Below are positions 37,649-47,175 of a stretch of DNA of 58,433 bases, piece by piece. The position numbers were made by a program, and so were the translations under genes. The notes beneath the pieces were generated by a model. That model was given only the letters and a program-made list of their open reading frames with translations, was not told the origin of the DNA and made no database searches. Numbering within the stretch: position 1 is the stretch's first letter; every line of letters starts with the position of its first letter. The stretch comes from Chloroflexota bacterium (GTDB taxonomy: Bacteria > Chloroflexota > Anaerolineae > CG2-30-64-16), in NCBI GenBank assembly GCA_037445695.1, contig JBBIKA010000003.1:1-58433 (forward strand), read 5' to 3'.

Positions 37649-37797
37649 GGGGTACACTCCTTTCCATATGCCAGAATAGGGCGTCGGAAGCCTCACGCCT
37701 TGGGGGTGGGTCAGGCCAGGCCATGCGAGCGCCCGTGCGAGTGATGATATTGTAGTGCGTCTTGCGGGAATTGTCAACCGCCTCGCGGCCCCGAGAT

Positions 37798-37860
37798 GTT
37801 TGGATTGCGGGGACGTGTCCCCGCTTTGGCTTGCAAAGCGGCGTCGAGCCGCCGCAAACC
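37798..37860. repeat. Family-A palindromic repeat copy (two hairpins)
   Basis: GTTTGGATTGCGGGGACGTGTCCCCGCTTTGGCTTGCAAAGCGGCGTCGAGCCGCCGCAAACC, in the hpf/osmC divergent spacer. It matches the reverse complement of 1-62. Confidence 0.75.
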
Positions 37861-37962
37861 ACAAGCCGCGCCGAATGTCAGATCAATCACCGACCGCCGT
37901 CCGCCTTCATGCTATAGTGGCACCGATCTCATCCTACACCATCGGATCACGACAAGGAGGAT

Positions 37963-38382
37963 ATGATGGCCGTACGATCGTCGTTCGCAGAATGGAAAGG
38001 TACGTTGAAAGAAGGCGCCGGCACCATGCGCCTGGGGAGCGGCGCCTGCGAGGGGCCGTTCACCTATGCCTCGCGCTTTGAGTCGGGAGAAGGAACCAAT
38101 CCGGAGGAACTGATCGGCGCTGCGCTCGCCGGCTGCTTCTCGATGTTCCTGTCGGCCCTGCTCAGCAATCGCGGCTATGTGCCGACCATCCGCACGACCG
38201 CTACGGTACACCTGGAGGCCGGCCCCACCATCGCGCTGATCGAGCTGGCAACCGAAGCTCAGGTGCCGGGCATTGACGAGGCGACCTTCCTGCAACTGGC
38301 CGCCGAGGCCAAGACGAAGTGCCCGGTCTCAAAGGCGTTGGCCGGGCCGGAGATCCGTTTGCAGGCGAAACTGGTGCAATAG
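37963..38382 (+). CDS. osmC: OsmC-family peroxiredoxin
   Basis: ...GTNPEELIGAALAGCFSM...AKTKCPVSKAL... (the two conserved Cys). AAGGAGG RBS is present. Confidence 0.9.
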   Translation: MMAVRSSFAEWKGTLKEGAGTMRLGSGACEGPFTYASRFESGEGTNPEELIGAALAGCFSMFLSALLSNRGYVPTIRTTATVHLEAGPTIALIELATEAQVPGIDEATFLQLAAEAKTKCPVSKALAGPEIRLQAKLVQ

Positions 38383-38516
38383 CGCGGCAGATTCTCAAAA
38401 CAGACGATCCGTGGTAAACTATGCGTCGGGCATGGCGGCGCGCAGTTCGCCCATTGCCGTTGACCGCGCCGCCGTTCGCTGTCGTTCTCTTGCATCGTGG
38501 TCGCCGGAGGAACGAC

Positions 38517-39329
38517 ATGAAACGCCAACAGCTACGGATCGTCGCAGCTATGGGGCTCGCGAGCCTGGTGGCCCTGGCCATCCTGTGGCTCGCGGCCATT
38601 GCCCCGCTCAGAACGCGACCGCAGCCAACCCCGACGGTTGCCCCGACAGAGGAGCGCACCCCTTCCCCCGTGTCCATCAGCAGCCCGACGGCCGAAGATC
38701 CCTATCGGCCGTTGCGCGAGGCCATGGTCGAGGAGCAGATCGCCCAGCGCGGGGTGACGGACGCGGCCGTGCTGGACGTCATGCGCCGGGTGCCCCGCCA
38801 TCGCTTCGTGCTGCCGCAATACCTCGACGTGGCCTACGGCGATCATCCCCTGCCCATCGGCCTGGGCCAGACCATCTCCCAGCCCTACATCGTCGCGCTG
38901 ATGACCGAGGCGCTGCGCGTTAAGCCGGGCGCACGCGTGCTGGAGATCGGCACGGGCAGCGGCTATCAGGCCGCGGTGTTGGCCGAGCTGGGCGCGGAAG
39001 TATACACGGTGGAGATCATCGGGGAGCTGGCCGAGCGGGCCGCGGCGCGCCTGGCCGAGCTGGGCTATGGCCGGGTGCAGGTGTTGACCGCCGACGGCTA
39101 TTTCGGCTGGCCCGAACATGCGCCCTACGACGCCATCATCGTGACCGCCGCGCCCGATCACCTGCCTCAGCCATTGGTCGGCCAGCTCAAGGAGGGCGGC
39201 CGGCTGGTCATCCCCATCGGCCCGACGGGCAGCTATCAGACGCTGTGGCTCTTTGAGAAGCGCGGGGGCGAGCTGCAGGCCACCAACCTGGGCGATGTGG
39301 TCTTTGTGCCGTTGACGGGCCGACACTGA
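38517..39329 (+). CDS. pcm: Protein-L-isoaspartate O-methyltransferase with an N-terminal signal-anchor and a P/T-rich linker
   Basis: ...VPRHRFV...[25 protein letters not shown]...[16 protein letters not shown].... The N-terminus is [38 protein letters not shown] is present. Confidence 0.9.
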   Translation: MKRQQLRIVAAMGLASLVALAILWLAAIAPLRTRPQPTPTVAPTEERTPSPVSISSPTAEDPYRPLREAMVEEQIAQRGVTDAAVLDVMRRVPRHRFVLPQYLDVAYGDHPLPIGLGQTISQPYIVALMTEALRVKPGARVLEIGTGSGYQAAVLAELGAEVYTVEIIGELAERAAARLAELGYGRVQVLTADGYFGWPEHAPYDAIIVTAAPDHLPQPLVGQLKEGGRLVIPIGPTGSYQTLWLFEKRGGELQATNLGDVVFVPLTGRH

Positions 39330-39364
39330 TGGTCGTTCCACGGAGCGACGAAACGCATTGCGCC

Positions 39365-41779
39365 TTACGAGGCCAGGGCCGCGAGCGCGTAGGCTGCGGC
39401 GCCGAGCAGCAGGACGACCGTGAACCCCCAGCTCAGGGCCGCGATGGCCGCCAGCACGGCCGCCACCACCGACGCGCAGCCGTTGATCGCCCACGCCCAG
39501 GCGATCGCCCGCGGGCCGGCCCCCTCGATGCGCGCCAGGCCGAGCGGAAACGGCATCCCCATCAGCACGGCGACCGGCGCCAGGGCCCCGATCGCGATCA
39601 ACAGCCGCAGCGCCAGGGGCCAGCCGAGGCTGATCGCCAGCAGCCGCGGGCCGGCCAGCGCGCTGAGCGCGATCAGCAATACCAGCGCGGAAAAGGCCCA
39701 TTTCGGCCGGACGGCCATCCTCTCGACGATCCGCGTGCCGATGCTCGCCAGAAGCAACAGCGGAACAACCACGACGCTGAACGCATAGGTGGCATGGCCG
39801 AAGAGCAAGATATAGCGCTGGATGAGAGGCACCTCCACAAACATGAAGGCCACACCCAGGCCGCCGAAGTAGAGCACCATGCGCCATAAGGGCACCGTCC
39901 GCGCCGCCCCCACTTCGCCCCTCGGCGCAAGGAGCAGCGGGACCACGATCAGCCCGGCGCCCAACAGCAACACCAGCCCCAACAGAGCGAAGAGCACCAG
40001 GTAGCCGCTGCCGCCGAACGGTTGCCACGTATGCCCCAACAGCGCGAGCACCTCGGTCGTCTGGCTCCAGCGGAAGAAATGGAAGAAGAAGGGCCGGTCG
40101 TCGGTGGCCGGCGCGATGGCAAAGGGGTAATCGGCGTAAAACGCGCGGCGATCGGCCGCGGCGAACATGGCCCGCAGCGCCTCGTAATCGGCCGGCCGGG
40201 GCAGGCGATTGAAGCGGTTCGTCTCGTCCGCGCGAATATCGGTCGCCCATACCAGATCGTAGCGTCGGTTGGCCAGGAAGTCCCGCGCGACGGCCAGCTC
40301 GGTCGCGCGCCACCCGCCGGGCGCCACGATCACCGTGATGGTCTGGATGCCCCGGTAGGCGAGCAGAACACGGGCCGGGTCGCCTGCCCCGCGGCGCTCC
40401 AGCGCCTCCGCCAGGCCGGCAATCAGGCGGAGGCTCTCGCTGGGCGGCGTCTGGAGCCAGCGCGTGATCACCAACAGGCCATCGGGGGCCAAACGCGCCA
40501 GAGCGGCCTCGAACGCCTCGACCGTCAGTCCGTAGGTTTCGGCCAGGCTATACGCGCCGCCGGTCACGGGCCGATAAGGATCGGTGAGCGGCAGGAACAC
40601 CACCTCGTAAGTCGCCCGATCGGCCGCCAGGAAGGCGCGGACGGGCGCCAGCACCGTTCGCACGCGCGGATCGGCGTAGGGGTCGGCCGGGCCGGCGGCG
40701 ATGGCCACGGCCTGGCGCTCCAACGGATTGCCGGTGACCGCGGTGACCTGCGACGCGCCGGCCGCCAGCGCCTGGAGGATGCCCAGCCCGCCGCCGGGCT
40801 CGAGGATCAGGGCGCGGGCCTGGGGCCGCAATGCGAAGGCCAATGTCTCGGGCAGGCAAGCGCCGAGCGCGAACTCTTCGGGCCGCGCCAGGGTAATGGG
40901 GAGCAGCGCATCGGCATCGCGCGCCAGGCCCAGTTGCGGCGGGGGCAAATCAGAGCAGGCATAGCTCAGGCCGGGCAACGCGCGCGTGCCCGCGCCCGCG
41001 ACGACATCTATGCGCGAGAGCGCATCCCAGCGGCCGAAGAGCGTCTGTGCGCCGCGCACGCGCCAGGCGTGCGCCAACCCCTTGTAGGGCGAGATCGTCA
41101 TGCCCAGGCCCCAACGGCCCGAGGCGCTGAGGTTGAGGCCGGCGAGCACGGCGAAGCCCGCGCTCATCAGCACCGCCAGCGCGGCTGCGGCCGACCGCAG
41201 CGCACGCGGCCGCGCCGGCGCCAGCCATAAAACGGGCAAGAATCCGATCAACGCGGCGATCAACACCGCGCCCGGCACGCCGGCCAGCTCGCCCGCGGCG
41301 AGCGCCATCAGCGCACCGGCCGCCGAGCCGAGCAGATTGGCCGCGTACACGCGCGGCCGCGTCGCGTCGGCGCTCTCCGCGTCGCCGGCCGCCAGCCCGG
41401 CCGCGATCCCCAGGCCACCACACAGGAACGGCAGGGTCAACGCCAGGTAATAGGCCGCAAACAGGCCGATCTGGCGACGATCCCAGGCGATGCTGTACGC
41501 ATCGAAAGGCAAAAGGTTGACGATGGTGTAGGCGATGGCCGTGGCGGCCGCGAAGCCGACGCTGCAGCCCAGCAGCACGCGTTCGGCCGACGCGCGACGC
41601 AGCCCCGGCGCAACGCTCAGGAGCGTGCCGCTGGCGCCGAAGCCGAGCAGCGCCAGGCTGATCGCCAGGAACGCGAAGTGATAGAATTGCGCGACCGCCA
41701 ACAGCCGGGTCAACGTGCCTTCGAGGAGCAGCGTAGCCGCGGCCAACATGGCGACGCCCCACGTGCCACGTCGCGACAT
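39365..41779 (-). CDS. Polytopic membrane protein with a central spermidine-synthase-like (SAM-MTase fold) domain
   Basis: About 8 N-terminal TM segments, a soluble core with LILEPGGGLGILQALAAGASQVTAV (class I MTase motif I-like), then about 6 C-terminal TM segments. The start was chosen at MSRRGTWGV. Confidence 0.7.
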   Translation of the reverse strand: MSRRGTWGVAMLAAATLLLEGTLTRLLAVAQFYHFAFLAISLALLGFGASGTLLSVAPGLRRASAERVLLGCSVGFAAATAIAYTIVNLLPFDAYSIAWDRRQIGLFAAYYLALTLPFLCGGLGIAAGLAAGDAESADATRPRVYAANLLGSAAGALMALAAGELAGVPGAVLIAALIGFLPVLWLAPARPRALRSAAAALAVLMSAGFAVLAGLNLSASGRWGLGMTISPYKGLAHAWRVRGAQTLFGRWDALSRIDVVAGAGTRALPGLSYACSDLPPPQLGLARDADALLPITLARPEEFALGACLPETLAFALRPQARALILEPGGGLGILQALAAGASQVTAVTGNPLERQAVAIAAGPADPYADPRVRTVLAPVRAFLAADRATYEVVFLPLTDPYRPVTGGAYSLAETYGLTVEAFEAALARLAPDGLLVITRWLQTPPSESLRLIAGLAEALERRGAGDPARVLLAYRGIQTITVIVAPGGWRATELAVARDFLANRRYDLVWATDIRADETNRFNRLPRPADYEALRAMFAAADRRAFYADYPFAIAPATDDRPFFFHFFRWSQTTEVLALLGHTWQPFGGSGYLVLFALLGLVLLLGAGLIVVPLLLAPRGEVGAARTVPLWRMVLYFGGLGVAFMFVEVPLIQRYILLFGHATYAFSVVVVPLLLLASIGTRIVERMAVRPKWAFSALVLLIALSALAGPRLLAISLGWPLALRLLIAIGALAPVAVLMGMPFPLGLARIEGAGPRAIAWAWAINGCASVVAAVLAAIAALSWGFTVVLLLGAAAYALAALAS

Positions 41780-41972
41780 GAGCCATGCCCCTATCGTGAA
41801 CTGTCTTCCTGTGGCACGGTCGAAGGCCGGCCACAAACAGAAACCGGCCATGGAGAAAACGGGTTCGCCTATAGTATACCCATAAGGCAAGCACGAAGTC
41901 AATGCGCCCATGCACAGCCGCACCATTTAAGCTTTGACCTTTCCCAGGCAGCGTGATAAAATGGAATTCACT

Positions 41973-42734
41973 ATGTCTGCAAACGAACCGCTCAACGCGA
42001 AAGTTATCGTCGTCATCCCCACCTACAACGAAGCCGACAACCTGCCGGCGTTGATCGCCGAGCTGCGAGCGCTCGAGCTGTCCAATCTCTCGGTGCTGAT
42101 CGTGGACGACAACTCGCCCGACGGCACCGGTCAGGTGGCCGAAACATTGGCTCAGCGCCTGCCGGGCTTCGTTCAGGTGCGTCACCGGCCGGGCAAGGAA
42201 GGGCTTGGCCGGGCCTACCTGGAGGGCTTCGACATCGCCCTGCGCGCCGGAGCCGATTACATCATCCAGATGGATGCCGACTTCTCGCACCCGCCCGCAG
42301 TCATCCCTCAGATGTTGGCCCTGATGCCCGAATACGACGTGGTGGTCGGCTCGCGCTATGTCGAGGGGGGCGCGCTCGACGAGCGCTGGGGCTGGTGGCG
42401 ACGCTTCTTGAGCTGGTGGGCCAACGAGGTCTGGTCGCGGCTGTTCCTCGGCCTGCGCGTGCGCGATATCACCGCCGGCTTCAAGTGCTGGCGCCGACAG
42501 ACGCTGCTCGGCATCGGCCTGGGGCGGATCGGCTCGAACGGCTACGCGTTCCAGGTCGAGATGGCTTATTTGACCGAGCGCCTGGGCTATCGCGTCAAGG
42601 AAATACCGATCTACTTCGAGGATCGGCGCATCGGCAAATCGAAGATGAGCATGCGGGTGAAGTTCCAGGGCGCATGGGATGTCATTCGGATTCGCTGGCG
42701 CTACCGCGGCAAGATCGCCCGGGCCCAGGGCTAG
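41973..42734 (+). CDS. ppm1: Polyprenol-monophosphate mannose (or related sugar) synthase, GT2 (Ppm1/DPM1-like)
   Basis: [18 protein letters not shown]...[13 protein letters not shown]...[15 protein letters not shown]...[12 protein letters not shown]...[10 protein letters not shown]...DITAGFKCW.... Confidence 0.9.
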   Translation: MSANEPLNAKVIVVIPTYNEADNLPALIAELRALELSNLSVLIVDDNSPDGTGQVAETLAQRLPGFVQVRHRPGKEGLGRAYLEGFDIALRAGADYIIQMDADFSHPPAVIPQMLALMPEYDVVVGSRYVEGGALDERWGWWRRFLSWWANEVWSRLFLGLRVRDITAGFKCWRRQTLLGIGLGRIGSNGYAFQVEMAYLTERLGYRVKEIPIYFEDRRIGKSKMSMRVKFQGAWDVIRIRWRYRGKIARAQG

Positions 42735-42744
42735 AGGATCGGAC

Positions 42745-45700
42745 GTGAAAGCGTCGCACAAATACGATCTGGCCATCGGGCTGGGGTTGCTGTTGCTGCC
42801 GCTGCTCTGGTTTTGGCCGCAGGTGTTCGGCGGCCGCACGCTCCTGCCGGCCGACAACCTGTATCAGTGGCAACCCTGGCAGAGCTACGCCGGACAGTTG
42901 GGCGTCGGTGCTCCCTATAACCCGCTGATCAGCGACCTGGTGCTGGAGAACCTGCCGTGGAAGACGTTCATCGTCGAACAGTTGCGGGCAGGCCGACCAG
43001 GCGACCTCCTGTGGAACCCGCGCGTGTTTGCCGGTGTGCCGTTTCTGGCGGCCGGCCAGCATTCGGCGCTCTATCCGTTCAGCCTGATCTTCTACATCCT
43101 CCCCCTGTGGCGCGCTTACGGTATCTTCTCCGCGCTGCAGCTCGGCCTGGCCGCCCTGGGGATGTTCATCTTTGCACGGGTGTTGGGCCAGCGCCGGGCC
43201 GGCGCGGCCATCGCGGCCATCGCCTACGCGTTCTCCGGCTTCTACATCGTCAGCGTCAATTTCACCATGATGATCGCGGCCGCGGCCTGGCTGCCGTACA
43301 TCCTGGCCATGATCGAGATCATCATCGCCAAGCAGGAGCAAAAGGGGGCCGTGGCCTATTCGCCCGTGCCCTACGTGGCCGCGGGCGCGCTCTTCCTGGG
43401 CGTCCAGGTGCTGGCCGGCCACGTGGAGATCACCTACTACGTGCTCCTGGTCAGCGCGCTGTTCGCCGCTTGGCGCCTGACCGCCGCGTGGCGACATCTG
43501 GGCACCTGGCGGCCGTTGCCCCGCCTCATCCTCTGGCTGGGCGTCATGGGCGGCCTGGGGCTGGCTCTGGGGGCGGTGCAACTGGTGCCGCTCTACGAAC
43601 TGGTGCGCCAGAGCTTCCGGGAGGGCGCAGCTTCGCTGGCGCAGGTGCGCGGGTGGGCATGGCCAAGCCGCCAGATCATCACCTTCCTCTTGCCCGATTT
43701 CTTCGGCAATCCGACCCATCATGCCTATTTCGACATCTGGCGCCGTACCTGGACGCCGGTGACGCAAAACGCGCTCGGCCAGCCGTTGCGCTCGATTGAT
43801 TGGGGAGTGAAGAATTACGTCGAGGGCGCCAACTATCTGGGCCTCCTGACGCTGGCGCTGGCCGGGGTGGCGTTGGCGGCGGCCGTTGCGGCGCGGCGCC
43901 AACGTCGCGTCCTCGGCCCTCGCATCTCCACCTTTACCGTCGCCGGCTTCTTCCTCCTGGCGCTGCTGGCGCTCCTCTTCGCGTTCGGAACGCCGCTGTA
44001 TGCCATTCCGTTCTACCTCCTGCCGGGCTTCAATCAGCTTCACTCCGCGTTTCGCTGGGTCTATCCCTATACGCTGAGCATGGCCGCGCTGGCCGGCTTC
44101 GGGATCAGCGCGCTGCTGGAGGCCCGCGAGGCCACGACCGGGCCGGCCGATTGCTTCACCGCGCAGGTCCGGCGCGCGGTCATGCGCACGGCCCGTCGGC
44201 TGGGGCTCGTCGGCCTGATCGCGGGCGCGGGCGCCCTGGCCGCCGTCGTGCTCAGCGTGTTCGTGCCGGCGCCCTTCGTGGCGCTCGGCGGCCGCATTCT
44301 GGCCGCATCCGACCTGGCCCGCTCGAACGGCTTCGCGGACGCGGCGATGGCCTGGAGCTACGAGGCCGGCGTGTTGGCGAAGTTCGGTGCCATGGCCGTC
44401 CTCACGGGGCTCGTGCTCTGGTGGGCCGGCCGCCAGCCGACGACTAAGCCGCTCCCGGCCGGGGGTGCCGCTCCCGCATCCGGCCGGCCGGCGCTCTGGC
44501 CGGCCGCCGCCTGCGCGGTGCTCGTGGCCGATCTGTGGCTTTTCGGCCACGCCTTCAACCCCGCGACCGACCCCCGGCTGCTGGAGTTCAAGCCGCCGGT
44601 GATCGCCTGGCTCCAGGCGCAACGTTCGACCGAACAACCCTGGCGGCTGACCAGCTTCGACGGCCCGGACGAAAAGACGCTCAACGCCAACTCGGCCATG
44701 ACCTACGGCCTGGAAGACGTGCGGGGCTACGATTCGATCATCCCCCGGCAGTACGTCGAGTACATGAAGCGGATCCATCCGCAGGGCGAGCTGCTCTACA
44801 ATCGGATCGCCGCGCTCTATACCCGGCTCGGCGACCGGGCCAACTACGACGTGCTCGACCATCCCCTGCTCCATCTGCTCGGCGTGCGCTACGTCGTCAC
44901 GACGCACACGATCCCCAATCCGGGCTACCGGCTGGCCTACGACGGAGAGGTGAAGGTCTTCGAGAACGAGCGGGCCTTCCCCCGCGCGTTCATTGCGGCG
45001 GAGGCCATCGCGGCGGCCGACCAGACGGCCGCGCTCGACGCGCTGTTGCGGGTGGATCCGGCGCGGGTGGTGGTGATCGAGGGGCTGGCGGCCGAGGCCT
45101 TGCCCGCGCCGGCGTCGCCGCAGTTGCGCCAGGCGCGCATCAGCCGCTATACCCCGCGCGAAGTCTTCGTGGACGTCAACCTGAGCGACCGCGGCTGGCT
45201 GGTGTTGACCGATAACTTCGCCGACGGCTGGAAGGCCTACCTGCGACCGTTCGGCGTCGCGGGCGAGGGGATCACGGCAAGCGGCGAGGCGGTGGAACAG
45301 CAACTGCCCATCTACCGCGCGGACGGCACGTTCCGGGCCGTATACATTCCGCAGGCCGGCCAGTGGACGGTGCGCTTCGTCTATTCCCCGCGCTCGGCGA
45401 TCCTGGGCCTTTACGGCAGCTTCCTGGCCGGCATCACGTTGATCTTGTTGCTCGGCTGGTGGGCCTGGGGCCGGCTTTACCGCGGGGACCGCAGCGAGGT
45501 GGGACGGGTGGCCAAGAACAGCGCGGTGCAGATGGCCACTGCGCTGATGGCGCGGGGGATTGATTTTGCGTTCGCCATGCTCCGGCTGCGCATCTTGAGC
45601 CCGGCCGGCGAAGGCGCTTACGCGTTCGCCATCACCTTCTATACCACCTTCGAGATCGTCACCCGTTTCGGGCTGGGGACCTTGCTGACGCGCGATGTGG

Positions 45701-47031
45701 CCAAGGATTGCGGCCAGGCCCGGCGCTATCTGTTCAATGTGATCGAGCTGCGCACGCTGCTCTGGCTGGCGAGCCTGCCGGTCATGGCGCTGGTGGTGCT
45801 GGCGTATCAGCGCGGGGGCCAGCTTGCACCGGGAACGGCCGAGACCATCGCCCTGTTCGTGGCCGCGCTCCTCTTCGCCAACATCGCGGACGCCATCAGC
45901 GCGGTCTTCTTCGCCTACGAGCAGATGGAACATCCGGCCGGCATTGCCACCGCCATCGCGGTCGCCAAGGTGGCGCTGGGCGCGCTGGTGCTCTTGCCGC
46001 CCTTCGAGTTCGGCTTCGTCGGCCTGGCCGGCGTGTCGCTGATCATGAACGTCGCCCAGGTGATCTGGCTCTACCTGGTGTTGCGGCGGACGGTGCTGCC
46101 GCGCGCGGTGCCATCGCCGGCCGGCGGGCTGTTGGCGCGCGCCCGCGAGCGGTTGACGCAGAAGGTCACAGCCTGGGATTGGACGTTGCAGCGTTACATG
46201 CTGGTCGAGTCCGGGCCGCTGATGATCAATCATCTGCTGGCGAGCGTGTTCTGGCGCATCAATCTGTACATCCTGCAATGGTTCGCCGGCGCGACCGCGG
46301 TGGGCATCTTCTCGGCCGCGGTCAAATATCTGGACGGCCTGAACGTCATCCCCAGCTATTTCACCCTGGCGATCTTTCCGCTGATGAGTCGCTATGCCCA
46401 GGGACAGAGCGATGCGCTGGCGCGTGCCTACCGGCTGGCCGCCCAACTGCTCTTCATCCTGGCGCTGCCGATCGCGGTCGCGTTCACCTTCCTGGCCACG
46501 CCGCTCATCCGCATCCTGGGCGGCGCGGCCTATCTGCCCGATTCGGCCATCGCGTTGCAGATCACGATCTGGTCCATCCCGATCGGCTGGGTGAATTCGG
46601 TGACGCAATACGTGCTGATCTCGGTCAACCAGCAGCGCTTTCTCACGCGGGCGTTCATCATCGGCGTGCTCTTCACCGGCCTCGCCAACCTGCTGCTCGT
46701 GCCGCGCTTCGGCTATCTCGCCTCGGCCGCGCTGCTCACGCCCGCGGAACTGGCGCTCTTTTTCCCGTTTGCGTGGGCCGTGCGCCGCCATGTGACGGCC
46801 ATGCCGTGGCTGCGCCTGGGGGGCGGGCCGCTGCTGGCGACCGCGGCCAACGCGGCCGTGGTCTGGAGCCTGGAATCGGCCGGCGTGCCGATCTTGTTGG
46901 CGCTGGCAGCCGGCCTGCTGGCGTATGGGGTCTTGCTGGGCGTGCTGGGCGTGTTCCGCGGGGGCGATTTCGCCGTGTTGACGGCGCGGCTCCCCCGGCC
47001 GCTGAGGTTCGCCGCCAAGCTGCGGCCATAA
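42745..47031 (+). CDS. Fusion protein: N-terminal YfhO-family GT-C glycosyltransferase (about 42745-45480) plus C-terminal Wzx/MOP-type oligosaccharide flippase (about 45500-47031)
   Basis: The N-part LLPADNLYQWQPW...NPLISDLVLENLPW...LWNPRVFAGVPFLAAGQHSALYP is a YfhO signature. The C-part VAKNSAVQMATALMARGIDFAFAMLRLRILSPAGEGAYAFA... with about 12 TM segments is typical of polysaccharide flippases. It is a single uninterrupted 1428-codon frame. GTG at 42745 lies 10 nt after the ppm1 stop. Confidence 0.8.
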   Translation: MKASHKYDLAIGLGLLLLPLLWFWPQVFGGRTLLPADNLYQWQPWQSYAGQLGVGAPYNPLISDLVLENLPWKTFIVEQLRAGRPGDLLWNPRVFAGVPFLAAGQHSALYPFSLIFYILPLWRAYGIFSALQLGLAALGMFIFARVLGQRRAGAAIAAIAYAFSGFYIVSVNFTMMIAAAAWLPYILAMIEIIIAKQEQKGAVAYSPVPYVAAGALFLGVQVLAGHVEITYYVLLVSALFAAWRLTAAWRHLGTWRPLPRLILWLGVMGGLGLALGAVQLVPLYELVRQSFREGAASLAQVRGWAWPSRQIITFLLPDFFGNPTHHAYFDIWRRTWTPVTQNALGQPLRSIDWGVKNYVEGANYLGLLTLALAGVALAAAVAARRQRRVLGPRISTFTVAGFFLLALLALLFAFGTPLYAIPFYLLPGFNQLHSAFRWVYPYTLSMAALAGFGISALLEAREATTGPADCFTAQVRRAVMRTARRLGLVGLIAGAGALAAVVLSVFVPAPFVALGGRILAASDLARSNGFADAAMAWSYEAGVLAKFGAMAVLTGLVLWWAGRQPTTKPLPAGGAAPASGRPALWPAAACAVLVADLWLFGHAFNPATDPRLLEFKPPVIAWLQAQRSTEQPWRLTSFDGPDEKTLNANSAMTYGLEDVRGYDSIIPRQYVEYMKRIHPQGELLYNRIAALYTRLGDRANYDVLDHPLLHLLGVRYVVTTHTIPNPGYRLAYDGEVKVFENERAFPRAFIAAEAIAAADQTAALDALLRVDPARVVVIEGLAAEALPAPASPQLRQARISRYTPREVFVDVNLSDRGWLVLTDNFADGWKAYLRPFGVAGEGITASGEAVEQQLPIYRADGTFRAVYIPQAGQWTVRFVYSPRSAILGLYGSFLAGITLILLLGWWAWGRLYRGDRSEVGRVAKNSAVQMATALMARGIDFAFAMLRLRILSPAGEGAYAFAITFYTTFEIVTRFGLGTLLTRDVAKDCGQARRYLFNVIELRTLLWLASLPVMALVVLAYQRGGQLAPGTAETIALFVAALLFANIADAISAVFFAYEQMEHPAGIATAIAVAKVALGALVLLPPFEFGFVGLAGVSLIMNVAQVIWLYLVLRRTVLPRAVPSPAGGLLARARERLTQKVTAWDWTLQRYMLVESGPLMINHLLASVFWRINLYILQWFAGATAVGIFSAAVKYLDGLNVIPSYFTLAIFPLMSRYAQGQSDALARAYRLAAQLLFILALPIAVAFTFLATPLIRILGGAAYLPDSAIALQITIWSIPIGWVNSVTQYVLISVNQQRFLTRAFIIGVLFTGLANLLLVPRFGYLASAALLTPAELALFFPFAWAVRRHVTAMPWLRLGGGPLLATAANAAVVWSLESAGVPILLALAAGLLAYGVLLGVLGVFRGGDFAVLTARLPRPLRFAAKLRP

Positions 47032-47175
47032 CCGCGACGGCCGCAACGACGCACGGACAGTGAACTTGCCGTCCGACGTTAAGGCCATGCCCGACGTTCC
47101 CGGCATCTCTGCGGTGAGCCGGCCGGTTGCACGAGCAGCCCACCCGCCAAAGTGCAAACAGAGGAGGAGGTTAAC

